Assembly (NCBI GenBank): GCA_963816725.1
Contig: CAWFMC010000009.1
Span: forward strand, 30,073 to 94,072
Length of the DNA: 64,000 nucleotides
Direction: 5' to 3'
Source of the DNA: an uncultured Acidobacteriota bacterium
Lineage (GTDB): Bacteria > Acidobacteriota > Vicinamibacteria > Vicinamibacterales > 2-12-FULL-66-21
The notes under the pieces were generated by a model. The model saw nothing but the letters and a program-made list of their open reading frames with translations. It was not told where the DNA came from and did no database searches. Positions 29,358 to 39,588 of the stretch are shown piece after piece (the first letter of the stretch is position 1; every line of letters starts with the position of its first letter). The position numbers and the translations under genes are program-made.

Positions 29358-32212
29358 ATGGCCCTCGCCGCCGGCACTCGCCTCGGTCCATATGAGATCC
29401 TCGCCTCGCTCGGCGCCGGGGCGATGGGCGAGGTGTATCGAGCGAGGGATGGACGCCTGGATCGTGAGGTCGCGATCAAGGTACTCGCGGGGCATCTCCT
29501 CGGCTCGATCGCTGCCCGTGAACGCTTTCAGCGCGAGGCGCGGGCCGTCGCGTCTCTGCAGCACCCGAATGTCTGCACGATTTACGACGTCGGGGATACC
29601 GGGGATGGACACACATTCCTGGTGATGGAGCTGCTCGACGGCGAGACGCTCGAGCAGCGCCTGGGGCGCGGACGACTCGACCTTCCGTTGCTGCTCGACA
29701 TCGCAATCGCGCTCAGCGAGGCGCTCGACGTCGCCCACGGCGTCCACATCGTTCACCGGGACATCAAGCCGGCGAACATCATCCTGACTGCCCGCGGCCC
29801 GAAGCTGCTCGATTTCGGTCTGGCCAAACCGGTGCCGCTGTCGGCCTCGGCGGTCGCGGAACAATCGACGATGGCCGCCGGCCCGCTGGTGACGGATCCA
29901 GGCAGCACGGTGGGAACGATCGCCTACATGTCGCCCGAGCAGCTCCGCGGAGAAGATGTGGACACCCGGAGCGATCTGTTCTCGTTCGGAGTGGTCTTGT
30001 ACGAAATGGCCACGGGTCGGCGGCCCTTCGGCGGGGCCACTGGGGCACTCGTCGCGGCCGCGATCCTGCAGCAGGAGCCACCGGAGCCCCGGCAGCTGCG
30101 ACCGGAGCTGCCCGAACGGCTGCAGGAAATCGTCATGAAGGCGATCGAGAAGGATCGCCGCCTCCGCTATCAGCGCGCGTCCGACATCAACGCCGACCTG
30201 CTGCGGGTGAAGCGAGACATCGGTTCGGAGTCCGCGCGCGCCGCCACATCATCGAGCGCGACACACCGGCTGCCGACGTGGCGCAAAGCGGTTGTGCCAG
30301 CCGTCGCGTCTCTCCTCTTGGTGGCTGCGGGCGGCTACGTCATGTCGCACCGCCGGCCGGCGCTCACCAATCGCGACACGATCGTCCTCGCGGATTTCGA
30401 CAACCGCACGGCCGACCCGGTATTTGATGGAACGTTGCGTCAGGGGCTCGCGGTGCAGCTCGAGCAGTCGCCGTTTCTGAGTCTTATTTCAGAGCAGCGT
30501 CTGCAGCGCACGCTCGCGCAGATGGGCCAACCCACGGACGCGCGGCTGACGGCGACACTGGCACACGAAGTCTGCGAGCGCACGTCCAGCGCCGCCTTCC
30601 TCGAAGGGTCGATTGCCAGCCTCGGCAGCCAGTACGTGCTCGGGCTACGGGCCACGGATTGCCGCACCGGTGACGCTCATCGACCGAACAGCAGGTGCAG
30701 GCGCCGCGGAAAGAAGATGTGCTCGATGCGTTGAGCCGCATCGCCGGCGCGGTCAGAAGTCAGCTCGGCGAATCGCTCACCACGGTCGAGACCCACCGCA
30801 CACCGCTCCAAGAGGCCACGACGACGTCGCTCGAAGCGTTGAAGGCGTACACCGCAGGCATGAAATTCCTGATGTCAACAGGCGACCCGTCGACGGCCGT
30901 GCCGCTCTTCAAACGTGCCGTCGAGATCGATCCCACGTTCGCGGTCGCCCACGCATCGCTGGGGTTTGCCTATGGCCTGGTTGGAGAACCGGCATTAGCC
31001 GCCCAGAGCACCCGCAGGGCGTACGAGCTGAGAGATCGGGTCAGCGATCGCGAGAAGTTCCTGATCGTGGCCGACTACGAGCTGCAGGTAACCGGCAATC
31101 TGGAGAAGGCGCGTGAGACCTGCGAGCTGTGGGCGCGCACGTACCCGAGGGACATGATGCCGTACGGGAATCTGGGAGCCTTCATTTACCCGACCTTCGG
31201 CCAGTTCGACAAGGGCGTCGAGGTGGCGAGCAGGATGGTGGAGATCGATCCGGAGTTCCCCGTCGGCTATCTACAGCTTGGCTTCAACCAGCAGTTCAGC
31301 GGTCGACTCAAGGACGCAGAGGCCACATTCAACCGCGCCGCCGAGCGCAAACTTGACTTGCCGGAAATCTCCGTCCAGCGCTACGACCTCGCGTTCCTCA
31401 GGGGCGACACGGCGGGCATGACGCACGAGCACGCGCTGGCACTGGGTAAGCCCAATTGGGAGGACGAGATCGCCGCACGTGAAGGGTTCGTCCTGGCCTA
31501 CTCCGGTCAGCTCCATGAAGCCAACATGCGATCGCGACACGCCGCCGACCTCGCGATGCAAACCAGCCAGCCGGGCAGGGCGGCGCTGTGGCGGATCGGG
31601 CCTGCCCTGTGGGAGGGGTTCGTCGGGAATGAAGCAGCCGCGAGGGAGGCTGCGGCGGCAGCATTGGCGCTGTCGACCGATCGCGATGTCGAATACGGCG
31701 TCGGACTGGCCCTGGCCCTGGCCGGCGATTCGGTCCGCGCACAGCAGCTCGCGGCCGATCTGGACCAGCGCTTCCCGGAGGACTCGTCGGCACAGTCCGT
31801 TTACGTCCCGGTGATCCGTGCCGTTCTCGCCTTGAAGGAACAGAAGCCAAGTGAGGCGCTCGAGCTGCTGCGCGCCGCCGCCCCCTACGATCTCGGCACG
31901 CCGCTCTGTAGCGCGCCGGCCTACTTCGGCATTCTTTATCCCGTGTATGTGCGCGGTCTGGCCTATCTCGCGGCGCATCAGGCGGACGAAGCAACCGCCG
32001 AGTTTCAGAAGATCCTCGACCACCGGTCGGTCGTCGTCAGTGATCCGATTGGCGCTCTGGCCCACTTGCAACTCGGACGCGCATTGGCGATGAAGGGGGA
32101 GTCGGCACGAGCGAGGACCAGCTACCAGGAGTTCCTGACGCTCTGGAAAACTGCCGATCCTGACGTTGCGCTCCCGGAACAGGCCCGGAAGGAACTCGCC
32201 GCGCTGCGATGA
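29358..32212 (+). pseudogene. Ser/Thr protein kinase with TM segment, periplasmic-type domain and TPR repeats, split by a 1-nt deletion near 30684-30686
   Basis: Kinase motifs GAGAMGEVYRA, HRDIKPANI, DFGLA and YMSPEQ. The ORF 29307..30734 tail (AHRPNSRCRRRGKKMCSMR*) is junk. Frame -1 continues the same fold seamlessly (EQQVQAPRKEDVLDALSRIAGAVRSQLG) into the TPR ORF 30695..32212. Confidence 0.8.
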
Positions 32213-32319
32213 GACGGCTCCTCACATGCCTTCCCACACACAGCTTCGTAAGCGTCACCGAAACGCCGCGGGACCGCGCCCGCCTGAGCGACTGAGTCGC
32301 CAGCCGTCCTGGTCCTTAC

Positions 32320-33009
32320 TTACTGACCACAGGCTCCGGACGGCTTCCAGTCGGAGGGAATGCCCCTCTCCTGAGCCGCATCATGGATCACCAACGCGAA
32401 CGCACGGCGGATCGCCGTGCCGGTGACGAACAGTTCCATCGGAGTGTTCGACTCCACCGTCATGGTTCCCCGAGCGCGAGCCCTGCTAGCGCCGGCCGGG
32501 GTCTCCAGACACTGCTCGCCCGCGAGGACGAACCAGCCTTCGGGGCCCGGGTGTGTATGCACTCTGGAACTGTCTCCGGGCCGCATGACAGCGTACGAGA
32601 GGACCGCAGCATAGCTGTTCGCTGGAGGAAGCTGCAGAGGTCCGACGACGGCAATGCGCTCACCTCCACGGGGCGGACTGTCTCGGGCCCCGAATTCCGA
32701 GAGCCACACCCGCCCCTCTTCCTCCACGACGATCCCGGTCGCACTCCTGGCGGCCTCCGCAGCCTTCCTGGTAGGAAACCCGCGCAAATGCCAGTAGACG
32801 GCGGCTTGGCTGAAATGAAGCCCGGTCACCGTGCCGACGTTGAAGCAGCCATACTCCGGTCGCTTCTCGCCCGCCGGCACGTCCCTGCACGCCACCTCCG
32901 CCATGTGTTCGTGTCCGGCCGCGCCAGGTACCTGAGCCCGCTGGCTGCCAGCTGGCACGATGGGCATCAGCAGGAGCACGAGCGCCGGAATCAGTAGCGT
33001 TCTGACCAT
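32320..33009 (-). CDS. secreted cupin-domain protein
   Basis: Signal peptide MVRTLLIPALVLLLMPIVPAGS. Cupin core (MRPGDSSRVHTHPGPEGWFVLAGEQ). Confidence 0.7.
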   Translation of the reverse strand: MVRTLLIPALVLLLMPIVPAGSQRAQVPGAAGHEHMAEVACRDVPAGEKRPEYGCFNVGTVTGLHFSQAAVYWHLRGFPTRKAAEAARSATGIVVEEEGRVWLSEFGARDSPPRGGERIAVVGPLQLPPANSYAAVLSYAVMRPGDSSRVHTHPGPEGWFVLAGEQCLETPAGASRARARGTMTVESNTPMELFVTGTAIRRAFALVIHDAAQERGIPSDWKPSGACGQ

Positions 33010-33365
33010 ATCCGATCCTCCGCGGAAGCCCGCTCACGTCGGCAGCTCAGTAGGAACCGTCGATCGAACCTACGCCGAGCAACCATCTACCAAGTCTGCC
33101 GAGCCCGCAGCATACCGCGGAAGCAGGGATGGCTCGCAGGGTCCGAGTGCCGCGATCTCCGATAAACATGCGAAGGAATGGGCCAAGCGTTGCTGGCCGG
33201 CATCTTCAACAGCCTTCGAGGTGGTTGGCCGGGTCGATGGTTGGACGTGATGATCACGAGGGAGGTCTTTGCGCACACCTCTCATCACATCACGTCACGT
33301 GACCTTACCCGAACGGCTATACTGTGCATCCCCGACGTGGGCTCTTGACGGTGACTGGAGGCGAC

Positions 33366-34085
33366 ATGCGAATATCGGTTTTGGCTCTCCTCGCGTGGTT
33401 GATGGTCGCCGGCAACTCTGAGTCCGCTGTCATGATCTTTCACGATCGAGCCGCCTGGCAGACAGCGGTAGGGACGGGCGTGACGACGATCGATTTCGAA
33501 GGCCTGGCGCCGCGAGCGGGATCAGCAGATTTCGCGGACCTTTCACTGTCGGGCGTGGACTTTGGCCGATCGACCGTCCTCGATCCGGGCGCGGCGACTT
33601 ACATTGCGGCCTGGGGAACAGGTGCAATGTTGATGCGGTTCGATCTGCTGGTGCCTGCCACCACGACGTTCTCGGCTCCAGTCACCGCCTTTGGGTTCGA
33701 CTATGGTGCCAGCGCCTGCATCCTGGTCGGGCCGTGCGGTCCGGCTCAAAGTGGGCGGCCAGGGCAGGTCACCCTCGTGCTCTCGAGCGGAGATGTCGTC
33801 GTGAGCTCCGCACCGATGCCGCCTTTGCAGTTTATCGGCGTCATCTCCTCGGTGCCGGTCACCAGCTTCACGGCCGCAATCCTGCCGTCCTTTTCGATCG
33901 TGGATAACTTTTCGATGGCGTCATCTACCAGTTCACCTGTCCCTGAGCCCGCCAGTCTCGTCCTACTCGCCACGGGCGTCGTCGGTGCTCTGGTACGGCG
34001 GCGGCGCAAGAACGCCACACTGGCCGCCTGCCCACCCTCGCAGACTCGCCCCGATCAGGGTGGTGGCTTCACGTCGACGTTGTGA
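33366..34085 (+). CDS. PEP-CTERM sorting-domain protein
   Basis: Signal peptide MRISVLALLAWLMVAGNSESA. C-terminal VPEPASLVLLATGVVGALVRRRRK. The ORF continues 24 aa past the basic cluster and overlaps the next minus-strand ORF. Confidence 0.75.
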   Translation: MRISVLALLAWLMVAGNSESAVMIFHDRAAWQTAVGTGVTTIDFEGLAPRAGSADFADLSLSGVDFGRSTVLDPGAATYIAAWGTGAMLMRFDLLVPATTTFSAPVTAFGFDYGASACILVGPCGPAQSGRPGQVTLVLSSGDVVVSSAPMPPLQFIGVISSVPVTSFTAAILPSFSIVDNFSMASSTSSPVPEPASLVLLATGVVGALVRRRRKNATLAACPPSQTRPDQGGGFTSTL

Positions 34086-34372
34086 TACGCCTCGATCCAC
34101 CATCGGTTCTCGCGGCGAACGAACACTTCCATCAGTTGCGTCTTCACGATGCCGTCTGGCGGCACGACGATGCCGGCGGGCATTGCGCGGACACTCCGGA
34201 CTTCGTTGTCGATGTCGACGACCGCGACATCCGGGGTGATAAAGCGAACGCGACGGATGGTGTGATGCTTTGTCGTGCCCTTGTAGAACGTACTCAGGAT
34301 CTGCGAGTGCCGCTCCACAAAGGCAGCCTTGCCGTACATCACCTTGCCGAACAGATTCGTAAACGTCAGCCG
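34055..34372 (-). pseudogene. probable 5'-truncated SnoaL/SgcJ-EcaC-like (NTF2 fold) gene
   Basis: FGKVMYGKAAFVERHSQILSTFYKGTTKHHTIRRVRFITPDVAVVDIDNEV...WWIEAYHNV matches the C-terminal two-thirds of the fold. The first helix region would lie inside the 3' end of the glycogen synthase gene. Confidence 0.4.
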
Positions 34373-35616
34373 GCAATTTCTCGACGATCGGCCGTGCGCG
34401 CCTTGATGACGTCTGAGTAGAACGTCAGCGTCTGGCGAGCGATGCTCGTCCAACTGAACTGCTGTTCGACGCGAAGGCGAGCCATTCGAGCCATCGACGA
34501 GCGCAGCGCGGGATCTGCGAGCAGCCGGTTTACCGCCTCGGCGAGATCCTTCGAGAACTGCTCCGGATGTCTCGGCTCAACCTCGGTGGGTCCTGCCACC
34601 TCTGGCGGGACCAGCAAGCCCGTGGTCCCGTGTTCGACCACCTCCGGAATGCCACCGACTGCTGACGCAACCACGGGCGTCTCGCACGCCATGGCTTCGA
34701 GATTGATGATCCCGAACGGCTCGTAGACCGATGGGCATACGAACACGGCGGCATGCGTGTACAGCGTGATGATCTGCTCTTTGGGCAGCATCTCGCGAAT
34801 CCAGATAATCGGATGCGAGCCCTCGGCGCGGGCCCGGTCCACGGCGGCGGTCATCTCTGCGGCGATTTCCGGTGTGTCAGGTGCGCCGGCGCAGAGCACC
34901 ACCTGAACGCCGCGCTGCAAGTGTTTGATGGCGTTGACGAGATGAATGATGCCCTTTTGGCGGGTGATGCGCCCGACGAACAAGATGAACGGCGTCTCGG
35001 CCTCGATCTGCAGTGCCTGCAACAGCGAGGGGTCCGGCGTTGGCCGGTATTGTTGCAGATCGATGCCGTTGTGAATCACACGAATGCGGTCACGCGGCAC
35101 TCCGTACGCCTCGTGCACGTCGTGGCTCATCGATTCCGAAACGGCAATCACGCCATCGGCGGATTGATACGCCACACGCTCCACCCAGCTCGAGACATCG
35201 TACGCGGTGCCAAGCTGCTCCACTTTCCACGGCCGATGCGGCTCGAGTGAATGCGTCGTGAGCACCAGTGGCACACTCTGTAGAAGCTTCGTTAGGCAAC
35301 CCCCAAGATGCGTGTACCAGGTGTGACAGTGCACGATGTCTATGCCGGCGAGCATGCCGGCCATCTCGAGGTCCTGAAGCAGCGTGGCAAACAGCTTGGC
35401 ATGGCGTGGGTCCTGAGCCGGCAGCTGAACGGCGGGGACGACGCCGCGAACGTGCAGGTTCCCCCGATCTTCGCGCTGCTCCCCGAAGCACAACACTTGT
35501 ACCGTGTGTCTGCCGCCGTCGAGCCCGGCCAACTCCCGGGTCAGATACTCGACGTGTACGCCGGCGCCGCCGTAGACGTGCGGCGGATATTCGTTCGTGA
35601 GAATCGCGATGTTCAT
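34366..35616 (-). CDS. glgA: GT4-type glycogen synthase (actinobacterial-type GlgA)
   Basis: MNIAILTNEYPPHVYGGAGVHVEYLTRELA, and the GT4 C-terminal EPFGIINLEAMACETPVVASAVGGIPEVV. Confidence 0.8.
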   Translation of the reverse strand: MNIAILTNEYPPHVYGGAGVHVEYLTRELAGLDGGRHTVQVLCFGEQREDRGNLHVRGVVPAVQLPAQDPRHAKLFATLLQDLEMAGMLAGIDIVHCHTWYTHLGGCLTKLLQSVPLVLTTHSLEPHRPWKVEQLGTAYDVSSWVERVAYQSADGVIAVSESMSHDVHEAYGVPRDRIRVIHNGIDLQQYRPTPDPSLLQALQIEAETPFILFVGRITRQKGIIHLVNAIKHLQRGVQVVLCAGAPDTPEIAAEMTAAVDRARAEGSHPIIWIREMLPKEQIITLYTHAAVFVCPSVYEPFGIINLEAMACETPVVASAVGGIPEVVEHGTTGLLVPPEVAGPTEVEPRHPEQFSKDLAEAVNRLLADPALRSSMARMARLRVEQQFSWTSIARQTLTFYSDVIKARTADRREIAG

Positions 35617-35941
35617 CGGCGGGTTCCTGCGCGGAGAAGAGCCTCTGTGGCAGCCGAGCGCTCGGCACACGCGAGGCTACCACAACCAAGTTGCCCTCCC
35701 GTTGGGCGCCAGCCAGCTGCTGCTAAACCCCGAGCACCGCGTCGCGTTTACGTTCCATCATCGCTTGGTAGTCGACGCGAGATCGATGGCAGCATCGGCT
35801 CGGTGAGGCGCCGCAGTTGAAGTGCCAGCGAGGCCGTACCGTCAACGTCGAAGGTGGGCGGCTTCCGGGGACGACCAGTGGGAAGGCCGGTGACCGGCAG
35901 CGGCATGGTCGGTCGATGCCGCCGACAACGACGGGATATCC

Positions 35942-36298
35942 CTACGCTTCACGTTTGGCGAATCGGAGATACGCCCCGACCGTCAGGAAGTTGATCATCA
36001 CGCCCAGCAGGTTCCAGGCAATCACCGGTCGCGACACGATCAAGAGACCGTAATAGATCCACACAATCTGAAATACCCCGATGATGCCGGCCATCGTCGG
36101 GTTGATGCCTTTGCTCGACCGCCGCCTGAACATCCCGATCAAGTCAGGGACGGCGGCGAAGGTCGTTCCCAGCCCAGCCACGAAGCCAAATACTTCAGAC
36201 TTCTGGAACCCGGGAAAGAACAGGCTCGACGTGTCCGGTACGGCGAGGCTCTCGCAGCCGCTCACGACGATCGCGCTGAGCACGATCGCCGCGGACAT
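35942..36298 (-). CDS. SemiSWEET (PQ-loop) family transporter with an extra N-terminal hydrophobic segment
   Basis: FGFVAGLGTTFAAVPDLIGMFRRRSSKGINPTMAGIIGVFQIVWIYYGLLIVSRPVIAWNLLGVMINFLTVGAYLRF is a 3-TM SemiSWEET pattern with PD in place of PQ. It is preceded by MSAAIVLSAIVVSGC. Confidence 0.65.
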   Translation of the reverse strand: MSAAIVLSAIVVSGCESLAVPDTSSLFFPGFQKSEVFGFVAGLGTTFAAVPDLIGMFRRRSSKGINPTMAGIIGVFQIVWIYYGLLIVSRPVIAWNLLGVMINFLTVGAYLRFAKREA

Positions 36299-36367
36299 CA
36301 GTATGCTTTTGCAGCAGTCCCTCGTTGTGTGGGGCACGCGGGCCCTCTCAGGCGTGGCCAAGATTGT

Positions 36368-37102
36368 CTAATTGATCCTCGTTGCGCGGCCGACCACGAT
36401 TGGTGCCGATGCGCGCGGCAGCTCTCGCCGCGCGCCGGTCTTGGGCTGAGCGTCCGGCAGCCACGCGACTTTGCCGGTGTCGAGCGAATACACGGCACCG
36501 ACGATCGTCAGTCCGCCGGCATCCACGAGGGGCGCCAGCACCGGCTTCGATCCGCGGAGCTGACGCACGACGTTTTCCACGTTGATCCGGACGGCGTTGT
36601 CAATCAGATCTCCGGGCTGCGCCCTGGCGCGCTCGACTGCCGGGCGGATCAATCCGAGCAGCGACGGCAGGTGACCTTCCGCTTCCCCCGCTTCCGCCGC
36701 GGCGGTCACCGCACCGCATTTCTGGTGGCCCATGACCACCACCAGCGGGGTGTGGAGATGCGCGGCGGCGTATTCGATACTGGCCAGCTCCGCGTCCCCG
36801 GCGACGTTGCCCGCGACGCGAACGTCGAAGAGATCACCGAGCCCCTGATCGAGGATGATCTCCGGCGCGACGCGGGAGTCGGCGCAGCTCAGGACGGTCG
36901 CGTGGGGATGTTGATTCAACGCGAGTTCGCGCTGGCGGGCAGCGGTCTGGTGTGGGTGCTGATACTGTTTCGCGACGTGATGTGCGTTGCCGGCCTGCAG
37001 CTCGCGCAGCACCGCCGCAGCGGACGGCACAGTGTCCTGGGCAGCGGCGACCGCGCAGCACAGGGCAGCGCCCACAAGCGTTCGCAAGATCGCGGATCGC
37101 AT
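36368..37102 (-). CDS. beta-class carbonic anhydrase with signal peptide
   Basis: AGGAGG precedes ATG 37102. MRSAILRTLVGAALCCAVAAAQ, CADSRV, and HQKCGAV zinc ligands. Confidence 0.85.
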   Translation of the reverse strand: MRSAILRTLVGAALCCAVAAAQDTVPSAAAVLRELQAGNAHHVAKQYQHPHQTAARQRELALNQHPHATVLSCADSRVAPEIILDQGLGDLFDVRVAGNVAGDAELASIEYAAAHLHTPLVVVMGHQKCGAVTAAAEAGEAEGHLPSLLGLIRPAVERARAQPGDLIDNAVRINVENVVRQLRGSKPVLAPLVDAGGLTIVGAVYSLDTGKVAWLPDAQPKTGARRELPRASAPIVVGRATRIN

Positions 37103-37125
37103 CGGTTGCCTCCTTGGCACAATTT

Positions 37126-37311
37126 TCAGGGCAGCAAATACCGCACGTTGAAATGCATCATGTGGACGCAAGCGTCGGCCTGGGGTGCCCGCGGGTGCAA
37201 AGAACATTGTGCGTCGCACGTATGAGTACTGGCCTGGTGGGTGAGCGGAGTTTCGGGTCGACTGCGATCTTGCCGATGATGTCGGGAAACGGATTCGGCA
37301 CGGGTTGACGG
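37126..37311 (-). pseudogene. internally deleted, frameshifted remnant of a porin paralogous to 62136..63557
   Basis: The minus strand encodes VPNPFPDIIGKIAVDPKL (37248-37301). Then, in other frames, it encodes SYVRRTMFFAPAGTP (37182-37225) and ADACVHMMHFNVRYLLP* (37126-37179). The intact porin reads VPNAFPDIIGKAAFDPKI ... SHVRRTPFSVPPGTPADASVNMIYLNVRYFLP*. Confidence 0.6.
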
Positions 37312-37692
37312 TAGTCCCCGTATCGACCTGTGGAGAGCGCCACCTGGACCTGCTGGTCTGTCACATGTACCTCCGTCCAGCGGGAGGCACCTCCGGAATC
37401 CATGCGCACCTCGCCAGCGTTTACGGCAGCGTGCGAGTCCGGCGCCGCGAAAGTCGAGGGCGGCCGTCGGCGGCACCAGGGGTAACGCAGGGCACAGCAG
37501 GAAGCATGCCGGGCGGGCGGAGGTCGTCGATTATCGAGCTTGGGACCACGCCGCCTACGGCGCACGCTCCGTTGGCCGCCTGACCCGCCCGCAGCCTGGA
37601 TCGGCGCAGTCGCGTAGTCATCCGGCTGTGACCATCGCGCGCTGAGTCGTGCCGTCTGGGCAGCGATCTCCGGGCGCTCGTTCGCTGCCCAA

Positions 37693-39588
37693 TCATCTTG
37701 CCGGTAGCGCGAACGCCACGATCGTCCGCCCCGGCGCGGACTGGAGGAGGCCGCTGCCGCCCGCGGCAATGACGACGAACTGGCGTCCGTCGCGGCCGAG
37801 GAAGGTCATCGGCGTGGCGTGCGCGCTGGCGTCGAGCGTGGTCTCCCACAGCACTCGGCCGCTGCGCTCGTCGAAGGCGCGGAACCGGCGGTCGATGGTC
37901 GCGCCGATGAAGATGAGGCCGCTCGCGGTCGTGATCGTCCCGCCCATGTTCGGCGTCCCCGTGTGGGCGAATCCGCGCGCGGCGAGATCCTCGAACACAC
38001 CGAGCGGGACGCGCCAGGCGACCGCGGCGCGGTTGACATCCACTGCAACCAGCTCCCCGAACGGCGGCGCCGAGCACGGCACCTTGGTCTCCGGATTCCA
38101 GAAGCGCCCGTAGGCAGTTCCCCACGGCGACGTCCGCCAGTACTCCGCGCGGCCTTCGCCCGGCGCCGTGCGCCGTTCCATCCGCGCCACTTGGCCCAGG
38201 TTCATGATGTTGGTGATCAGCAGGCCGCGCCCGGCATCGTAGGACAGCCCACTCCAGTTGCCGCCCCCCAGCGTGCTGGGGAACATCACCATCGTCCCGT
38301 CGAGACCGGGCGGCGTGAACATGCCCTTCGTGTACATCCGGTTGTCGTCCCACAGCTCGCGGCAATATCTCGCGTGCTCGGGCGTGAGCGTGTAGAGGTC
38401 GGCGTCCCGATCGAATGTGGTGCGCGCCAGCGGCGGCGGCTGCACCGGAAAGGGCTGCGTCGGCGACGTCACTTCACCCGGAACGTCGCTCGACGGGACG
38501 GGACGCTCCTCCATGCCGAAGACCGGCTCGCCGGTGACACGATCGAAAACAAACAGCGTGCTCATCTTCGTCATCTGCGCCACGGCGGCGATCGTGCGGC
38601 CGTTCCGCTGAACCTCGATCAGCGTCGGCGCCGCCGGCAGATCCCAATCCCAGATGTCGTGATGCACCAGCTGCTGGAACCAGCGCAACGAACCGGTCGT
38701 GGCGTCCAGCGCCAGCAGCGAATTGCCATACAGGTTGCGGCCCTTGCGATCGGCGCCATAGAAGTCGGCCGTTGGCGATCCTGTCGCTGCGAACAGCAGG
38801 CCGCGATCCGCGTCGACTGTCATGTATGTCCAGGCGTTAGTGCCTGAACGGTCTTTCCAGCTGTCGCCCGCCCACGTCTCAACGCCAGCCTCTCCCTGAC
38901 GTGGCACGGTGTGGAATGACCAGAGCAGCCGCCCCGTGCGTGCGTCCCAACCGCGAATGTCGCCATAAAGACCCAGGCTCGGCTCACCTTCGGTGTTGCT
39001 GCCGCCGGTGATCAGGATGTTCTTGTAGACCGCTGGTGGCGAATCGAGCATGAACGCGCCGGCCGCACCGCGGATTCCTGCCTTGAGATCGACTCGCCCC
39101 GATGCGCCGAAACCGTCGATGGGAACTCCGGTCGTCGCATCCAGGGCGATCAGGTCGCCGTCGTCGATCCCGGCGAAGATGCGTGCCCCGGCCGTGCCAT
39201 CACCTGGCCAGTAGGCCACTCCCCGTCGGCTCGCTTTCGTTTTTGCCTCGAACTGCCACCGTTGCTTGCCGGTCTCGGGCTCCAGCGCGATCACGCGCCG
39301 GCCGGCCGTCAGGTACATCAAGCCGCCGATCACAATCGGCGTGGCCTGCAGGTTCGAGGCGCCGGCATCGAACGCCCAGGCTCGCTCGAGGCGAGCGACG
39401 TTGCCCGGCGTGATCTGCACCAGCGGCGAGTGCCGGCTGGCGCCCGCATCCCGACCAGCCATCGGCCAGTCGCGGCGGTTGGGCGGTTGGACCGGCACCA
39501 TCGAGGTCAGTGTCCCGGCAAGAACGACCGCGGCCAACGCCGGGGATCTCCGCGCGCGCGAGCGAGCGGGGGAGTGCAGCGGTTTCAC
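37693..39588 (-). CDS. PQQ-dependent (quinoprotein) dehydrogenase, secreted
   Basis: 631 aa with a signal peptide (ALAAVVLAGTLTSM). PQQ propeller repeats (ATPIVIGGLMYLTAG, LLALDATTGSLRWFQQLVHHDIWDWDLPAAP, LVAVDVNRAAVAWRVPLG). Confidence 0.85.
   Translation of the reverse strand: MKPLHSPARSRARRSPALAAVVLAGTLTSMVPVQPPNRRDWPMAGRDAGASRHSPLVQITPGNVARLERAWAFDAGASNLQATPIVIGGLMYLTAGRRVIALEPETGKQRWQFEAKTKASRRGVAYWPGDGTAGARIFAGIDDGDLIALDATTGVPIDGFGASGRVDLKAGIRGAAGAFMLDSPPAVYKNILITGGSNTEGEPSLGLYGDIRGWDARTGRLLWSFHTVPRQGEAGVETWAGDSWKDRSGTNAWTYMTVDADRGLLFAATGSPTADFYGADRKGRNLYGNSLLALDATTGSLRWFQQLVHHDIWDWDLPAAPTLIEVQRNGRTIAAVAQMTKMSTLFVFDRVTGEPVFGMEERPVPSSDVPGEVTSPTQPFPVQPPPLARTTFDRDADLYTLTPEHARYCRELWDDNRMYTKGMFTPPGLDGTMVMFPSTLGGGNWSGLSYDAGRGLLITNIMNLGQVARMERRTAPGEGRAEYWRTSPWGTAYGRFWNPETKVPCSAPPFGELVAVDVNRAAVAWRVPLGVFEDLAARGFAHTGTPNMGGTITTASGLIFIGATIDRRFRAFDERSGRVLWETTLDASAHATPMTFLGRDGRQFVVIAAGGSGLLQSAPGRTIVAFALPAR

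Noticed and set aside
33079-33093. The minus strand reads TTGGTAG-atgg-TTGC upstream of the cupin gene.
   Set aside because: The GG-N9-GC spacing is off by one, so it is not counted as a sigma-54 promoter.
33294-33303. GTCACGTGAC 10-bp palindrome upstream of the PEP-CTERM gene.
   Set aside because: It is short, with a CACGTG core that is common by chance. There is no partner regulator nearby.
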